Notes: generated by a model from the sequence alone, not told the origin. 64,000 bases of DNA from an uncultured Clostridia bacterium (GCA_944389125.1 CALXLF010000012.1:60-64059), one strand, 5' to 3'; numbered from the stretch's first letter, positions 50,457 through 61,411 are shown. Program-made: numbers and translations.

Positions 50457-51120
50457 TTAATTAATCTTCCCATCTTCAATTTTAATAATTCTATCTGCCA
50501 TTTTAGCAATTTCCATATTATGTGTAATCATTACGATTGTTTGTCCATATTCTTTATTTGCTTTTTTTAGCAACTGTATTACTTCACTACTTGACTTTGT
50601 ATCTAAATTTCCGAGTTGGTTCATCTGCTAAAATAATTTTTGGGTCTATCATTAAAGCTCTTCCTATTGCCACTTTTTGTTGTTGTCCTCCTGATAGTTC
50701 ATTTGGCAAATGTTTTCTTCTTTCCTCTAAATTTAAAAATTTTAATATTGATTCTAATTTATTCTTATTTACTTTCTTTTTATCTAACTCTACTGGTAAG
50801 GTTATATTTTCTTCTACATTAAGAGTAGGTAATAAATTATAAAATTGATATATAATTCCTATTTTTTGCCTTCTTAAAATGGCTAAATCTTTTTTACTCA
50901 TCTCATATATATTTTTATCATAAAAATATACTTTTCCCTCTGTTGGTGGCTCTAAACCTGCCATAGTATGTAATAATGTTGACTTTCCACTTCCAGATGG
51001 CCCTATTACTGCTATAAATTCTCCCTCTTCTACTTCAAGAGAAATATTATTTAAAGCAATTACTTTTGCTTCATCTTTTCCATAAATTTTGGTTACATTT
51101 TCAACTTTTAAAATTTTCAT
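50457..51120 (-). pseudogene. ABC transporter ATP-binding protein with +1 frameshift after the Walker B/D-loop region
   Basis: GPSGSGKST Walker A, LSGGQQQ signature, ILADEPT then RKFRYKVK*; shifted frame continues [51 protein letters not shown] (extra C in gaaccaact[c]ggaaat, ~50600). Confidence 0.7.
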
Positions 51121-51135
51121 ATCTTTTTTTCCTTC

Positions 51136-53433
51136 TTATTTATTTTTCACAAATTTTCCTGAAAGTAATGTTACTGTTATTGATATTACCAATAATAATA
51201 AATAGAAAATAGCTATTTTTCCAAATGGCACTAATAATTCATTTATTCCATATAAATTATTTATATATTTTATTATTAAATATATTATTGGAATTGACAA
51301 TATTATTGATATTATTGCTGATTTTACAAATACAAATAGGCTCTCATATATTAATACTTTATTTATGTTTTTATTAGTTGCTCCTATTCTATTTAGTATT
51401 TTAAATTCATCTATTCTTTCTTGCAAACTTGCATTTATTATATTTATTCCTGATACAACTCCTATTAATACTAGCGCTACTAATACTATCCTTAATGCCA
51501 ACTGAACTATTTTTAAATATATTATTGTTTCTTGTTGATCTAATGTATAAAAACCTGCTGAAAGATTTATACCTTGTTCATCTTGAACATTTTTTATATA
51601 AGTTGAGAAGTCTACCACATCATCACATCTTATTCTAACAAAATAACTGTCTATTTGGTAACTATCTGGTGAAATATTATTCCAAGCTTCGTTATAATTT
51701 TTTTGGAATTTATCAAACATTTCCATATTAACAAATACAACCGGTTTGCTTCCTGTGTCTTTAAAGAAGTCAAAATAATCATCTACTAATATAAATTTTC
51801 CTTTGAAAGTTTGATTATCTAAATTATTTATTTCTTCATTACCTGTAGTTCCAGAAATATCAACAAACTGTATATCGTCTATATTATATTTTTCATCAAA
51901 TACATTTCTATATTCACGTTTGTTAGCAGAATAATTATACGTTGAATAAGTATTATAAAATATAATATCACCATAATTTCCATGTACTTCTTTTATATAA
52001 TCATTATATACATCATCTTCTAATCCAATTATAGTCATATACATAAAAATTTTATCATCAACTTTATATGTGAAATCATTTAATTTAGTTTCTAATACGC
52101 TTGTGTTAATTCCTTCTTGTGGTTCTATTAATCCAGTTACCCATTCTTCACCCTTATATTCAATGTATTCTACATTACTTCCAGACTCTTTTTCATACTC
52201 TTTTAATATTGATTTATAGTCTATATCATCTTCAAATTTTATTTCAAATTGCGCATCAAAATCATATTCTAAAACAGTATCTGAAATTTTAGTTTCATAC
52301 TCTATATATGTACTTACACAAACATATCCTGTCATGCATACTGTTAATAATATTGTTAAAACTATATACTTACTTTTATTTCTTTTTAAATTTTTTAATG
52401 CTAATTTTCCTTCTACTGAAAATAATTTTTGAAATATTGATGTTTTTCCAATCTTTTTTAATTTTTTATTATTTTTTATTGCTGATATTCCATTTATTTT
52501 TGTCAATGATAATATAATTGCAAGATATATATTATAAAAAACAAGTATTATTAATATTACAAAATAGATTACTTTTGGAATTAATCTAAAACTATATATT
52601 GTTGATTTTAATATGTTATTTAATAAACTTAAGATAAGTTCAGCTCCTATAAATGATAGTATTATTCCTATTATAATCCCAATTACACCTATCACCGTTC
52701 CTTCAAAAGTTGCAATTTTTAAAAGTTGATTTTCTGTTGCTCCTATACTATTTAATACTGCATATTCCTTTTTTCTCTCATTCATTGTCACATAAAAATT
52801 ACTATATAATATTATTAAAAATATTACTAAAAATATTATTGCTACTAAAACTATAAAGAAATTTATCACATAATTCATATTTACTCTTGCTGTACATACT
52901 GCAGTATTATTTGGCCCATTCGCTAAATATACATCCATTAATCCATTTAAATTTAATATTTGTTGATTAAACAAAACATTATCTGCTAAATAGCTATTAG
53001 ATGGTTTTAATGTTTCTATTATATCATTTACATCTGTACAAGTATCTTTTGCATTTTTAAATTTTATATATATATTTATATAACTTGCATTTTCTAATTT
53101 ATTGCTTTCTATATTTTCTATTTCTTTTATTTTCTCTTCATCATCTATTTGAACATAAATTGTATCTACATATTCTTTTTCTTTTATTATATTTATATAT
53201 TCTAATGGCACATTATTCATTTCTAAATGATATCCATTATAATCATCATATTCTTTATTTATCGCCTCAGTCATTCCAGACTTAATACTTGATATTAATA
53301 ACATCGTTGTAAACAAAAGAAATGAACCTAATATTATTGATATTGTTATATATAAATATCTTTTTTTATATTTCTTTAAACTATTAATAGCTAACTTATC
53401 CTCTATTTTCATTTGTTTTATCCCCCAAAACAC
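51136..53433 (-). CDS. ABC transporter permease, FtsX-like (two FtsX 4-TM domains, 765 aa)
   Basis: Large extracytoplasmic loops between TM bundles; adjacent to ABC ATPase. Confidence 0.65.
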   Translation of the reverse strand: MFWGIKQMKIEDKLAINSLKKYKKRYLYITISIILGSFLLFTTMLLISSIKSGMTEAINKEYDDYNGYHLEMNNVPLEYINIIKEKEYVDTIYVQIDDEEKIKEIENIESNKLENASYINIYIKFKNAKDTCTDVNDIIETLKPSNSYLADNVLFNQQILNLNGLMDVYLANGPNNTAVCTARVNMNYVINFFIVLVAIIFLVIFLIILYSNFYVTMNERKKEYAVLNSIGATENQLLKIATFEGTVIGVIGIIIGIILSFIGAELILSLLNNILKSTIYSFRLIPKVIYFVILIILVFYNIYLAIILSLTKINGISAIKNNKKLKKIGKTSIFQKLFSVEGKLALKNLKRNKSKYIVLTILLTVCMTGYVCVSTYIEYETKISDTVLEYDFDAQFEIKFEDDIDYKSILKEYEKESGSNVEYIEYKGEEWVTGLIEPQEGINTSVLETKLNDFTYKVDDKIFMYMTIIGLEDDVYNDYIKEVHGNYGDIIFYNTYSTYNYSANKREYRNVFDEKYNIDDIQFVDISGTTGNEEINNLDNQTFKGKFILVDDYFDFFKDTGSKPVVFVNMEMFDKFQKNYNEAWNNISPDSYQIDSYFVRIRCDDVVDFSTYIKNVQDEQGINLSAGFYTLDQQETIIYLKIVQLALRIVLVALVLIGVVSGINIINASLQERIDEFKILNRIGATNKNINKVLIYESLFVFVKSAIISIILSIPIIYLIIKYINNLYGINELLVPFGKIAIFYLLLLVISITVTLLSGKFVKNK

Positions 53434-53648
53434 AAAAAATTATTTTATACATTTTGTATTATATCAAATACAAATTTAGCTTTCAACAAATTTTAACGCT
53501 AATTAAATTTTATTTAAATTATAAAAATAGTAAAACTTTTATTTTTAAAATAGGAAAAAGGGAACTAACATCTTAGTTCCCTCAAAACAGATACAGGTGT
53601 GCTATTAACAGTTAACTATTAGTTACAGTTTAAGTGAAACAGTCAGTA

Positions 53649-54122
53649 TCAATATCCAAACGTTAAAACAACTCTAGCCGATGTAGAATTATCACCACCA
53701 GAATTGGAAACAGTAATAGTCCAATTTCCACTAGTAGCGGTAAAATCCGGACTCTGAACGCTTCCATCAGATCTTACTTTAAATGTTTTAACAGTTCCAT
53801 CAAGCTTAGTAGCTTTGAAAGTAACAGTTTTAGAGTTTCCATAAACCTGGCATCGTACACTTTTCACATTTTTTGCAAAATACACCGACGCCACCTGTGT
53901 TCCACTCTTGAGACTGCAGCTTTCATTCACAATACAAGCGTTGTCCGTATTGTGAACATACCGTGAAGAAATTATTGTTTCATCATCAGAAGCAGTAATT
54001 TCTGACGAACCAGAATTTACTGGAATTTGAGAAGTTTCTGCCGCAAAAGCTGCCACTGAAGAAGTAGCAATCATACATACCGCTATAGCGGTGGTTACAA
54101 TTGATTTAAAGAGTTTATTCAT
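53649..54122 (-). CDS. Small secreted beta-rich protein (signal peptide), IME cargo; paralog of 56063..56524
   Basis: MNKLFKSIVTTAIAVCMIATSSVAAFAA signal; C-terminus ...TITVSNSGGDNSTSARVVLTFGY resembles ...SVTVTIGIY of the paralog. Confidence 0.5.
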   Translation of the reverse strand: MNKLFKSIVTTAIAVCMIATSSVAAFAAETSQIPVNSGSSEITASDDETIISSRYVHNTDNACIVNESCSLKSGTQVASVYFAKNVKSVRCQVYGNSKTVTFKATKLDGTVKTFKVRSDGSVQSPDFTATSGNWTITVSNSGGDNSTSARVVLTFGY

Positions 54123-54305
54123 AATTTTTTCCTCCATAAAAATAATTGTAAGCACACCTATTTCTGTTTTATGCTAAATGTACATATCGTACTCTAGCAT
54201 AAAATATTATACTATTTCATTTTAATGATGCCAATATTTTTAAAGTCATATTTATTTTTTTTAAATAATAACTTCTTATTTTTATAATATCATCTATTCT
54301 CTAAA

Positions 54306-55247
54306 TTACTTTATAAAATTATTAACAATCCTTTTAAAACTATCAACTGGAAACTCAAATAAATATTTTACTACTTCACAAGTTTTTGAAATATATTTTT
54401 TTAACCTATTATTTTCTCTTTTTAAATTTTCATTTTCAATTTTTAAATTAATATTTTTATTTCTTAATTTTTCAAAATTATCAATTGCTTTATAAGATTT
54501 ACTTAATTGTAATTTTAATTTATTGACATATTTTATTAATTGTTGATTTTGAGCTATTATTAATGCTGTATTTTTAGTATCAAAAGGTTTTATTTTTTCA
54601 TTTTCTAATTCATATTTAATATTATCATAATCTGTTACTTGCTTTAGTTTTTCCGTACTTAAATGTTCAATTTTTCTTTCTTTTCCTCTTTCTAAATCAA
54701 AACCTGCATTTTTTATATATTCATAAAAACTATCTTGAAGTTGTCTATAACTGTCTTTTCCTTTCCAATATTCTGAACAAGCAATTTTTTCAAACTTCTT
54801 TTCGCTTTTTTTGTCTGTTTTATGAATTACAGGAACAAAAACCAAATGTAAATGCGGTGTACTTTCGTCCATGTGAACTTTTGCAGATATAATATATTTT
54901 TCTCCTAAATCTTTATATTGAGAAACAAAATTATACGCAGTTTTAAAATATCTTTTTGTTTCTTCTTCTCCAATTTCTTCAAAAAATTCTCTATCTGATG
55001 TGATTATAAATTCACATACTACATTAGTTGTTTTAATAATTCTACCATGTAAATTATTTTCTTGAATTAGTTTTTTTAATGCATTTAAATAAGTTGTGTT
55101 GCATGATTTTATAGAGTAATTTTTTATTGAATTATTTTTATTGATATCTTTATTAGAATAATTAGTATTTTTTCTCTCGTTATGTTTGTATAATCCTGCT
55201 AAATTATCTTTTTTATAATTGGCATTTCTTATTATTGCATAACTCAT
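54306..55247 (-). CDS. mob: MobV-family (Mob_Pre) mobilization relaxase
   Basis: MSYAIIRNANYKK N-terminus; KVHMDESTPHLHLVFVPV (HxDE..PHxH metal-binding motif) of MobV relaxases. Confidence 0.8.
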   Translation of the reverse strand: MSYAIIRNANYKKDNLAGLYKHNERKNTNYSNKDINKNNSIKNYSIKSCNTTYLNALKKLIQENNLHGRIIKTTNVVCEFIITSDREFFEEIGEEETKRYFKTAYNFVSQYKDLGEKYIISAKVHMDESTPHLHLVFVPVIHKTDKKSEKKFEKIACSEYWKGKDSYRQLQDSFYEYIKNAGFDLERGKERKIEHLSTEKLKQVTDYDNIKYELENEKIKPFDTKNTALIIAQNQQLIKYVNKLKLQLSKSYKAIDNFEKLRNKNINLKIENENLKRENNRLKKYISKTCEVVKYLFEFPVDSFKRIVNNFIK

Positions 55248-55738
55248 CTTTATTTTTCCTTTTTATAAAGATAGCCTTCGAAGGCTTAACTTAAATTAAA
55301 AATACCACCTTTGCATTTGCTTAATTAAACTTTTTACGAGTTTCTAACACACTAGAAACTCAAAATTGAGTTTCGTGTGATTAAGGGAAATTCTTTCCCC
55401 TAATAACCCTTTTAGCACAATTTAATTTTATATTTATTAATATTAATAAATACCATAAAATAATAAATCATTTTATTTAAAATTATAATTGTGATATAAA
55501 AATATACTCATATTTTTATATTGCAGTTTATCTAAAAAAGATAAACTGTTGAGCAACCTTTCTCGGTTTCTCAAACTCTTCCTCGGCAATCTATAAAAAT
55601 ACAAAATTAAATTTTAGTATTTTTATAGATTTATAGCATATTACAGCAATTTTCTAAAATTTATTCTACTCCCTAATACACACCCATACAAACTACATAA
55701 ACATTGATACTACTATAATACAAGTTCTAACCTAGTTC

Positions 55739-55806
55739 TCACCTCGACCATCTTAAATGTCTGAAAATATTGATTTTCAGGCATTTTTAATTTTTATAAA
55801 TCTTTA
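55739..55806. repeat. Right 68-bp direct repeat (att site) of the IME
   Basis: Perfect copy of 45500..45567. Confidence 0.85.
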
Positions 55807-56062
55807 GGTGATTTTTTATGAAATTATGGAACATTATTAAAAATTCATTAAGAATATCACTAAATTTCAAACAAAAAATAGTCTAAATATCACAAAAAGT
55901 TCATTAAAATAAACAAACCCTAAAGATTTGTTTTGTCTGCTTTGCAGTTAAAAATGGGACAATAGAACCGTCCCCTTGTCCCATATTATACTTTAGATGT
56001 TATTTGTTGCTAACGCAACTATTAACATCACAAGAGTGACTTTTTTTCAAAGGAGGAAAAAT

Positions 56063-56524
56063 ATGACAAAAAAATCAAATATTGCAAAGCGGTTATTTGC
56101 AATTATTTGTGCAACAATAATGTTATTTACCGCTTCTAATACTGCCTTTGCTATAGATAACACCGAAACAACTATTGAAAAAAATGTTACATCAAATTCT
56201 AATAGTTCTATTCAACCTTATGGTTATGTTGGAAATGGTACTATAACTGTTGGAGGACATCAAACACAGTCATTGTACATAGGCGATAAAACAGATGCTC
56301 AATTTTGGTCAACAATTCTGTTCAGAACCTCATGTTCTACAGACCAAGGCGGTGTTAATATTAGCATTTATAATGGCTTAAACCAATTTAAGACTAGTTT
56401 TGTTATGGGTTCTAATGATGAATACACTAAAACAATATTCTTGCTTGGAAGTGGTCCGTACAAATTTGACATTACAAATTATACATCAAATGCCTCTGTA
56501 ACAGTAACAATTGGTATTTATTAA
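56063..56524 (+). CDS. Small secreted beta-rich protein, paralog of IME-borne 53649..54122, located just outside the right att repeat
   Basis: RBS AGGAGG; signal peptide ...TAFAIDN; shared C-terminal pattern. Confidence 0.5.
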   Translation: MTKKSNIAKRLFAIICATIMLFTASNTAFAIDNTETTIEKNVTSNSNSSIQPYGYVGNGTITVGGHQTQSLYIGDKTDAQFWSTILFRTSCSTDQGGVNISIYNGLNQFKTSFVMGSNDEYTKTIFLLGSGPYKFDITNYTSNASVTVTIGIY

Positions 56525-56667
56525 GTCAAAGAAATGGATAAAATTCTAATTAGTATAAGTGAAATTTAACATTTTAAAATAACAGTAAATTGTCACTCTT
56601 GTGGAGCTGGTGCACAAGCACCAGCTTTTATTATATAAATATTCTTGCAAACTTATTAACATTTCAT

Positions 56668-58191
56668 TTAAATTCTCCAATTTGCAACTGGGAATGTTTT
56701 GTATTTTTGTTTATATTTTGTTAATAATTGTTTTTCTATTTTTTCACTATTATCTACTTCTATCCAACAAAGGCCTAATTGCTTATTGTTTTGTATTTGC
56801 CATATAGCTCTGCCACCTCTATGTGAAGCATTTTTTCCATATCCATAATCTATGTATTCTTGTAATCTTTTTCTAAGGCCATCTTCTCTTTCGGCTTTTC
56901 CAATGTATAAAATTGTTTTATCTCCACTATTATATTTTCTTATTAAATCAGCCTCATTATATAAAAGACTTTTTCCTTGATATTCTGTTTTTATATTTCC
57001 AATATCATCTGTAAATTGAATAGGTGTATTTTCTAAGTTTACAATAAAATAAACGCCATTATTATTTGGAATTTTATCATAATTATTTTTAATTTCTGAT
57101 ATCGTATAAATTTTTATATTTTCTACATTACTTATATCTCCAATAAGTTTTTTAATCTCTCCAATTACTCTATTATATATAACTGGTGATGAATAAGTCA
57201 TATCATTCATTTGTGATATTGCTTTATTATTTAAATTTAAAATTTCATCAAATTCATCACACAAACTAATAATATAGTCATATTTCTTTAAAGTTTGCTT
57301 CCAAGTATCTTTTATACTTTCTATTCCATAATATAATCCAAGTAGTCCTCCTGTGCAGGCTGCAACTGTATCTGTATCATCTCCTAAATTTACAGCTTTA
57401 AGTATAGTTGTATTATAATCATTTGAATTAAGAAATAACCACATTGTAGCCTCTAAAGTATTTACTACATAACCACTTGTTGAAATATCATCTACATTTA
57501 CATTTGATATATCATATTTTAATATTCTATTATATCTTTCAATTGTATCATTACTAAACATTTTATAATTTAATTTTTGCAATTTTTTATAAGCTTCAAA
57601 TTTTTCATTTCCATTTAATAATTCTAATACAAAATTCACATATATATAACAACCTAATATGCTAATCTCATGTGCATGTGTTATTGAAGATACTTGTTTT
57701 ACAATATTATAGATTTCTTTACAATCTTTAATATCTTTGTAGTAGATATAATAAGCGATTGGAAGTATTCTCATTAGTGAACCATTACCATTAGAATATT
57801 CATTATTCTCACCACAATTACTTGCATCATCTAATTTCATTTCATATTTTCTAAGTGCTTGTAAAGTTGTTCTGCCAACGTCAAAAGTTTCATTAGTTGC
57901 TGTGTATTCTGCATTTCTAAGCCAATTTAAAAATTTAATAGCCATATCATTACAATTTATTGTTTTTGTACATATAATGCTATCAATAGTTGCAAGTGTC
58001 ATTGATGTATCATCAGACCAAGTTCCTGCTGGTACATTATATGTTCCATCTCCTATCATATCTGTAATAGGATATCTTTTTAATTCTTCTCTTGACTTAA
58101 ATTCTGCAGGTACACCTAAAGCATCTCCAATAGAAAACCCTATTATTCCATCTTCTGATTTTTTAACTCTATTTTCATCTAAATTATCCAT
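56668..58191 (-). CDS. ADP-ribosylglycohydrolase (ARH/DraG family) domain fused to ~200-aa C-terminal domain of unknown function
   Basis: IGFSIGDALGVPAEF N-terminal ARH signature and ...NLGDDTDTVAACTGGLLGLYYG second metal-binding block; 507 aa is much longer than the ~300-aa ARH fold. Confidence 0.65.
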   Translation of the reverse strand: MDNLDENRVKKSEDGIIGFSIGDALGVPAEFKSREELKRYPITDMIGDGTYNVPAGTWSDDTSMTLATIDSIICTKTINCNDMAIKFLNWLRNAEYTATNETFDVGRTTLQALRKYEMKLDDASNCGENNEYSNGNGSLMRILPIAYYIYYKDIKDCKEIYNIVKQVSSITHAHEISILGCYIYVNFVLELLNGNEKFEAYKKLQKLNYKMFSNDTIERYNRILKYDISNVNVDDISTSGYVVNTLEATMWLFLNSNDYNTTILKAVNLGDDTDTVAACTGGLLGLYYGIESIKDTWKQTLKKYDYIISLCDEFDEILNLNNKAISQMNDMTYSSPVIYNRVIGEIKKLIGDISNVENIKIYTISEIKNNYDKIPNNNGVYFIVNLENTPIQFTDDIGNIKTEYQGKSLLYNEADLIRKYNSGDKTILYIGKAEREDGLRKRLQEYIDYGYGKNASHRGGRAIWQIQNNKQLGLCWIEVDNSEKIEKQLLTKYKQKYKTFPVANWRI

Positions 58192-58463
58192 ATCTACTAT
58201 TCACTCCAACTATATATTAACTTACAACTTTAATGCTTTTTTAAGTCAAAATATCCCTATTTTTTTTTATTGTTTGACAACAATTTTGTTTAATTATATA
58301 ATATGAGAATAAGGACCAAAGCTCACACATGAGCTCTGGAATCCCTTTGATTAAGAAATATCTCAATTCAAATGGCGGCTTACCACTTAAGAGATTGGGA
58401 TATTTCTTCTTTTTTCCTATTGCAAAATCTATGATGAAAATCAAACAGATTCTCTGTTGACCA

Positions 58464-58763
58464 TTATTTTCTTAGTAATAGTTTAAATACATTCCTATAA
58501 ATCAAAATAAAATCTTTATCTTTTTCTAGGCTATAAATATGATTTTCAAGCATTTTTTCTGCTTTAATAGCACATGATAATATCATAAAATATTCTTCAT
58601 AATCATTTGCAGCATAAGCTAATGCTTTTCTTTTACTAAGTATTTCTAGACATTCTTTAAGAATTAGGACTGTTATATCCCTGTCTTCTCTTACCTCACT
58701 TTGGTATAAAAATATTTTTAAGTTTCTTTCGAAACAATTTATTATCAAATTAATATTTTTCAT
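58464..58763 (-). CDS. Hypothetical small protein (99 aa)
   Basis: ORF only. Confidence 0.3.
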   Translation of the reverse strand: MKNINLIINCFERNLKIFLYQSEVREDRDITVLILKECLEILSKRKALAYAANDYEEYFMILSCAIKAEKMLENHIYSLEKDKDFILIYRNVFKLLLRK

Positions 58764-58999
58764 ATTAATTCCTCCCTCTTATAATATTTTTTATTACAAG
58801 AGATCCAAAGCTACATGGTAAGCCATTTCCTTATTCACTTTTCAATGTTCATATAAAATAAACATTATACAGGTATTTTAACATAAAACTATAATTTCTT
58901 CAATGTTTTACTTTTTAGGAAAAAAAGATATCTATTTGTACATTTTTAGCAAAAAAAGAAGCTTGTATATTTTTTTCAAGCTCCTTTTTTTATACTATA

Positions 59000-59467
59000 T
59001 TAAGCTTTATCTTTAGTTTTTACATCTCTATCTTTTCTTGCCAATTTATTATGGTAAATAAATATAGGTAAACATGTAACTACTGCTGCTATATCTGTTA
59101 AAAGATTAACAATATTAATATTTAGCTCTCTTTCTTGATTATTATATAAACTACCTGATACATCTTTTTCTGGTAATAATACATCTAATCCAACACTAAA
59201 TGCTGAAATTGCTCCTGTTATAATTACTATAAGAGTTATAATTAAAATTGAATATATGTATACGCTTCTCATTATATTATCAAAATCTTTTTTAGTTTTA
59301 TTTCTTTTGGCTATAGCCTGTACTATAAGTACAATAATTGCAATCGGAACAATAAGCATTAATAAACCTAAAAATATTATTAAAATTGCCATATTATCTT
59401 TCCTCCACTTTTTTATCTCTAAAAAATTTTCTCTATTTTTCACTATCGCTTGATTTTTCTTTTTCAA
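59000..59467 (-). CDS. Small membrane protein (2-3 TM)
   Basis: ORF with hydrophobic helices. Confidence 0.4.
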   Translation of the reverse strand: MKKKNQAIVKNRENFLEIKKWRKDNMAILIIFLGLLMLIVPIAIIVLIVQAIAKRNKTKKDFDNIMRSVYIYSILIITLIVIITGAISAFSVGLDVLLPEKDVSGSLYNNQERELNINIVNLLTDIAAVVTCLPIFIYHNKLARKDRDVKTKDKA

Positions 59468-59780
59468 TCATATTCCAATGATATTTATACATTATTGCAC
59501 CAATAACTACTACAACTAATGACACCACTGTATTTTTAATTTTTTCTGTTTTATAATTTTCCCTTTCAATCTCATTTCTCTCTTCATCTTGATAGTCAAA
59601 TGGTTCATTATATGATGAATATTCATTATACTCATTATAATCATATTCATAAAACAAATATGAATCTGGAAAAAAATAATAGGCTATATTATTTACTGCA
59701 GATATTATTCCAGCAACAATCATAGCCAAAGTTATAAAAGCCACTATATAAAGATAAATAATTCTTACATTATTGCTCAT
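59433..59780 (-). CDS. Small membrane protein (115 aa)
   Basis: ORF; two TM helices. Confidence 0.4.
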   Translation of the reverse strand: MSNNVRIIYLYIVAFITLAMIVAGIISAVNNIAYYFFPDSYLFYEYDYNEYNEYSSYNEPFDYQDEERNEIERENYKTEKIKNTVVSLVVVVIGAIMYKYHWNMIEKEKSSDSEK

Positions 59781-59952
59781 TGATATTTACCTCCTTTTTT
59801 ATTTTCGATAATATATTACCATAATAGCACTTTTTATTCAACTAATCCAATACAGAAAGGAACTCTTAAAAAATGCATCCTAAATAATCCCAAAAATTTA
59901 ATTTGTTTAATCAACCTGCTTTTCTAAAGTGTCCCCAAAAGATTGTTAAATT

Positions 59953-60714
59953 TTAATCAGTAACATAATTAGCTAATTCTATTGCAATATCAAAGTGTAG
60001 AGAATCATGCTGCGTACCTTTTAGCTCATTTTCTTTATGTCTTTCATCCCATTCTGGCGCATCTAATAAATCACCACTTGTGAAAAACATATATAAATTC
60101 AAATTTCTAAAATCACACATAGCTTGAAGTCCTGAACATTCCATTTCTACTGATATACAACCATCATCTTTATGTTTTTTAAAATTATTTTTAGTCTCTC
60201 TATAAAAAGCATCTGTAGTCCATGTCTTTCCTTTAACATAAGGAATATTATTTTCTTTCATAAAATTTGCAACTATATCTGCATTTTTTACTTTTATATA
60301 ATCAGAAGCTGGAACATAATGATAAGATGTTCCTTCATCACGATAAGCTTCTGTTGGTACCATGACTCTTCCATGTGCAATCTCTTTATTTAAACATCCA
60401 CTTCCTCCAAAAACTATATATTTATCTGTCTTTATTTCTTCAAGAGTATCTTCAACAGTTCCAACACAAGCAGGAGCACCTACATATGTTTTATAAAATG
60501 CAAACTTTTTACCTTTATAGTCAATTTGATAAATTGGTGTAATTCCAGTAACAGATTTAAATTGTGCTATCTTTTTACAATCATAATTTTCAAGCACATA
60601 TTTCTCAATTATGTATGAAAATGTAACAATACAAGCGTCTACTACTGGAGTATTTTCTTTTGGATGAGGATTTATTATTGCTTCTGATTTATCATCAAAA
60701 CTATCTATGATCAT
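59953..60714 (-). CDS. Nucleoside phosphorylase (PNP/UDP phosphorylase family)
   Basis: GGSGCL...ISVEMECSGL pattern typical of PNP_UDP_1 fold. Confidence 0.6.
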   Translation of the reverse strand: MIIDSFDDKSEAIINPHPKENTPVVDACIVTFSYIIEKYVLENYDCKKIAQFKSVTGITPIYQIDYKGKKFAFYKTYVGAPACVGTVEDTLEEIKTDKYIVFGGSGCLNKEIAHGRVMVPTEAYRDEGTSYHYVPASDYIKVKNADIVANFMKENNIPYVKGKTWTTDAFYRETKNNFKKHKDDGCISVEMECSGLQAMCDFRNLNLYMFFTSGDLLDAPEWDERHKENELKGTQHDSLHFDIAIELANYVTD

Positions 60715-60784
60715 ATTAAATCTCCTCTCTTTTTATAAATCAATTTTTGCAATTTTATCATATAACTATATTAATAACAATATT

Positions 60785-61411
60785 TTAAAAAATAATTTTC
60801 TCTTCTAATGTTGGAAATTGAATAATTGCACATCTATATACACCTATAATATTAGTTTCATTCTTTAACTTTAATTTGGTATTAATGTGATGATGACCAT
60901 GTAAATTTAAATAAACCTTATTCTTTTTTAAATATTTAGTAATTCCTTTTAAACCACAATGAGCTCTATCATTTGATTTACTATATAATTCATATGCAGA
61001 ATCATGTGAAGCGAGTATATCAGCTTTCTCACAATTCTTTAAAATCTTAATACTTTCTTCTTGTGAATACATTGGTATATTACCCGTTTTATATCTACTA
61101 CTTCCTTCAAATCCTAAAATTTTCACTCCATTTATATCTATTATTTTAGTATGAATATTTTTTATATTTCTTGATTCTAGTAATCCATATTCATCATGAT
61201 TTCCTAAAATACCATATATTTTTTCAAGTGGTACATATCTTAAAATCATATCCAAATAATTACCATTTATATCACCTAAAAGTAAACAAACATCATATTG
61301 CAATCCTTTTACTTTTTCAATTTCTTCTTCCTTAAGATGATGACAATCTGCAATTACTAATATGTTTATATTATTATAATTCTTTTTCTTATTTGAATTA
61401 AATATGAACAT
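60785..61411 (-). CDS. Metallophosphoesterase (calcineurin-like)
   Basis: VIADCHH...GDINGNY...GNHDE...GHHH metal-binding blocks. Confidence 0.65.
   Translation of the reverse strand: MFIFNSNKKKNYNNINILVIADCHHLKEEEIEKVKGLQYDVCLLLGDINGNYLDMILRYVPLEKIYGILGNHDEYGLLESRNIKNIHTKIIDINGVKILGFEGSSRYKTGNIPMYSQEESIKILKNCEKADILASHDSAYELYSKSNDRAHCGLKGITKYLKKNKVYLNLHGHHHINTKLKLKNETNIIGVYRCAIIQFPTLEEKIIF

Larger units (their letters stand above)
45568..55738. mobile_element. Integrative mobilizable element (~10.2 kb): tyrosine integrase, Xis-like, regulators, MobV relaxase, ABC transporter cargo
   Basis: Bounded by 68-bp perfect direct repeats, one overlapping tRNA 3' end; int adjacent to tRNA; MobV relaxase at other end. 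Confidence 0.8.

Noticed and set aside
56668-57100. Possible GIY-YIG nuclease motif (GVYFI ... ILYIGKAE) in the ARH fusion C-terminus
   Set aside because: Spacing between GxY and YIG (~50 aa) is far larger than the 10-11 aa of genuine GIY-YIG domains
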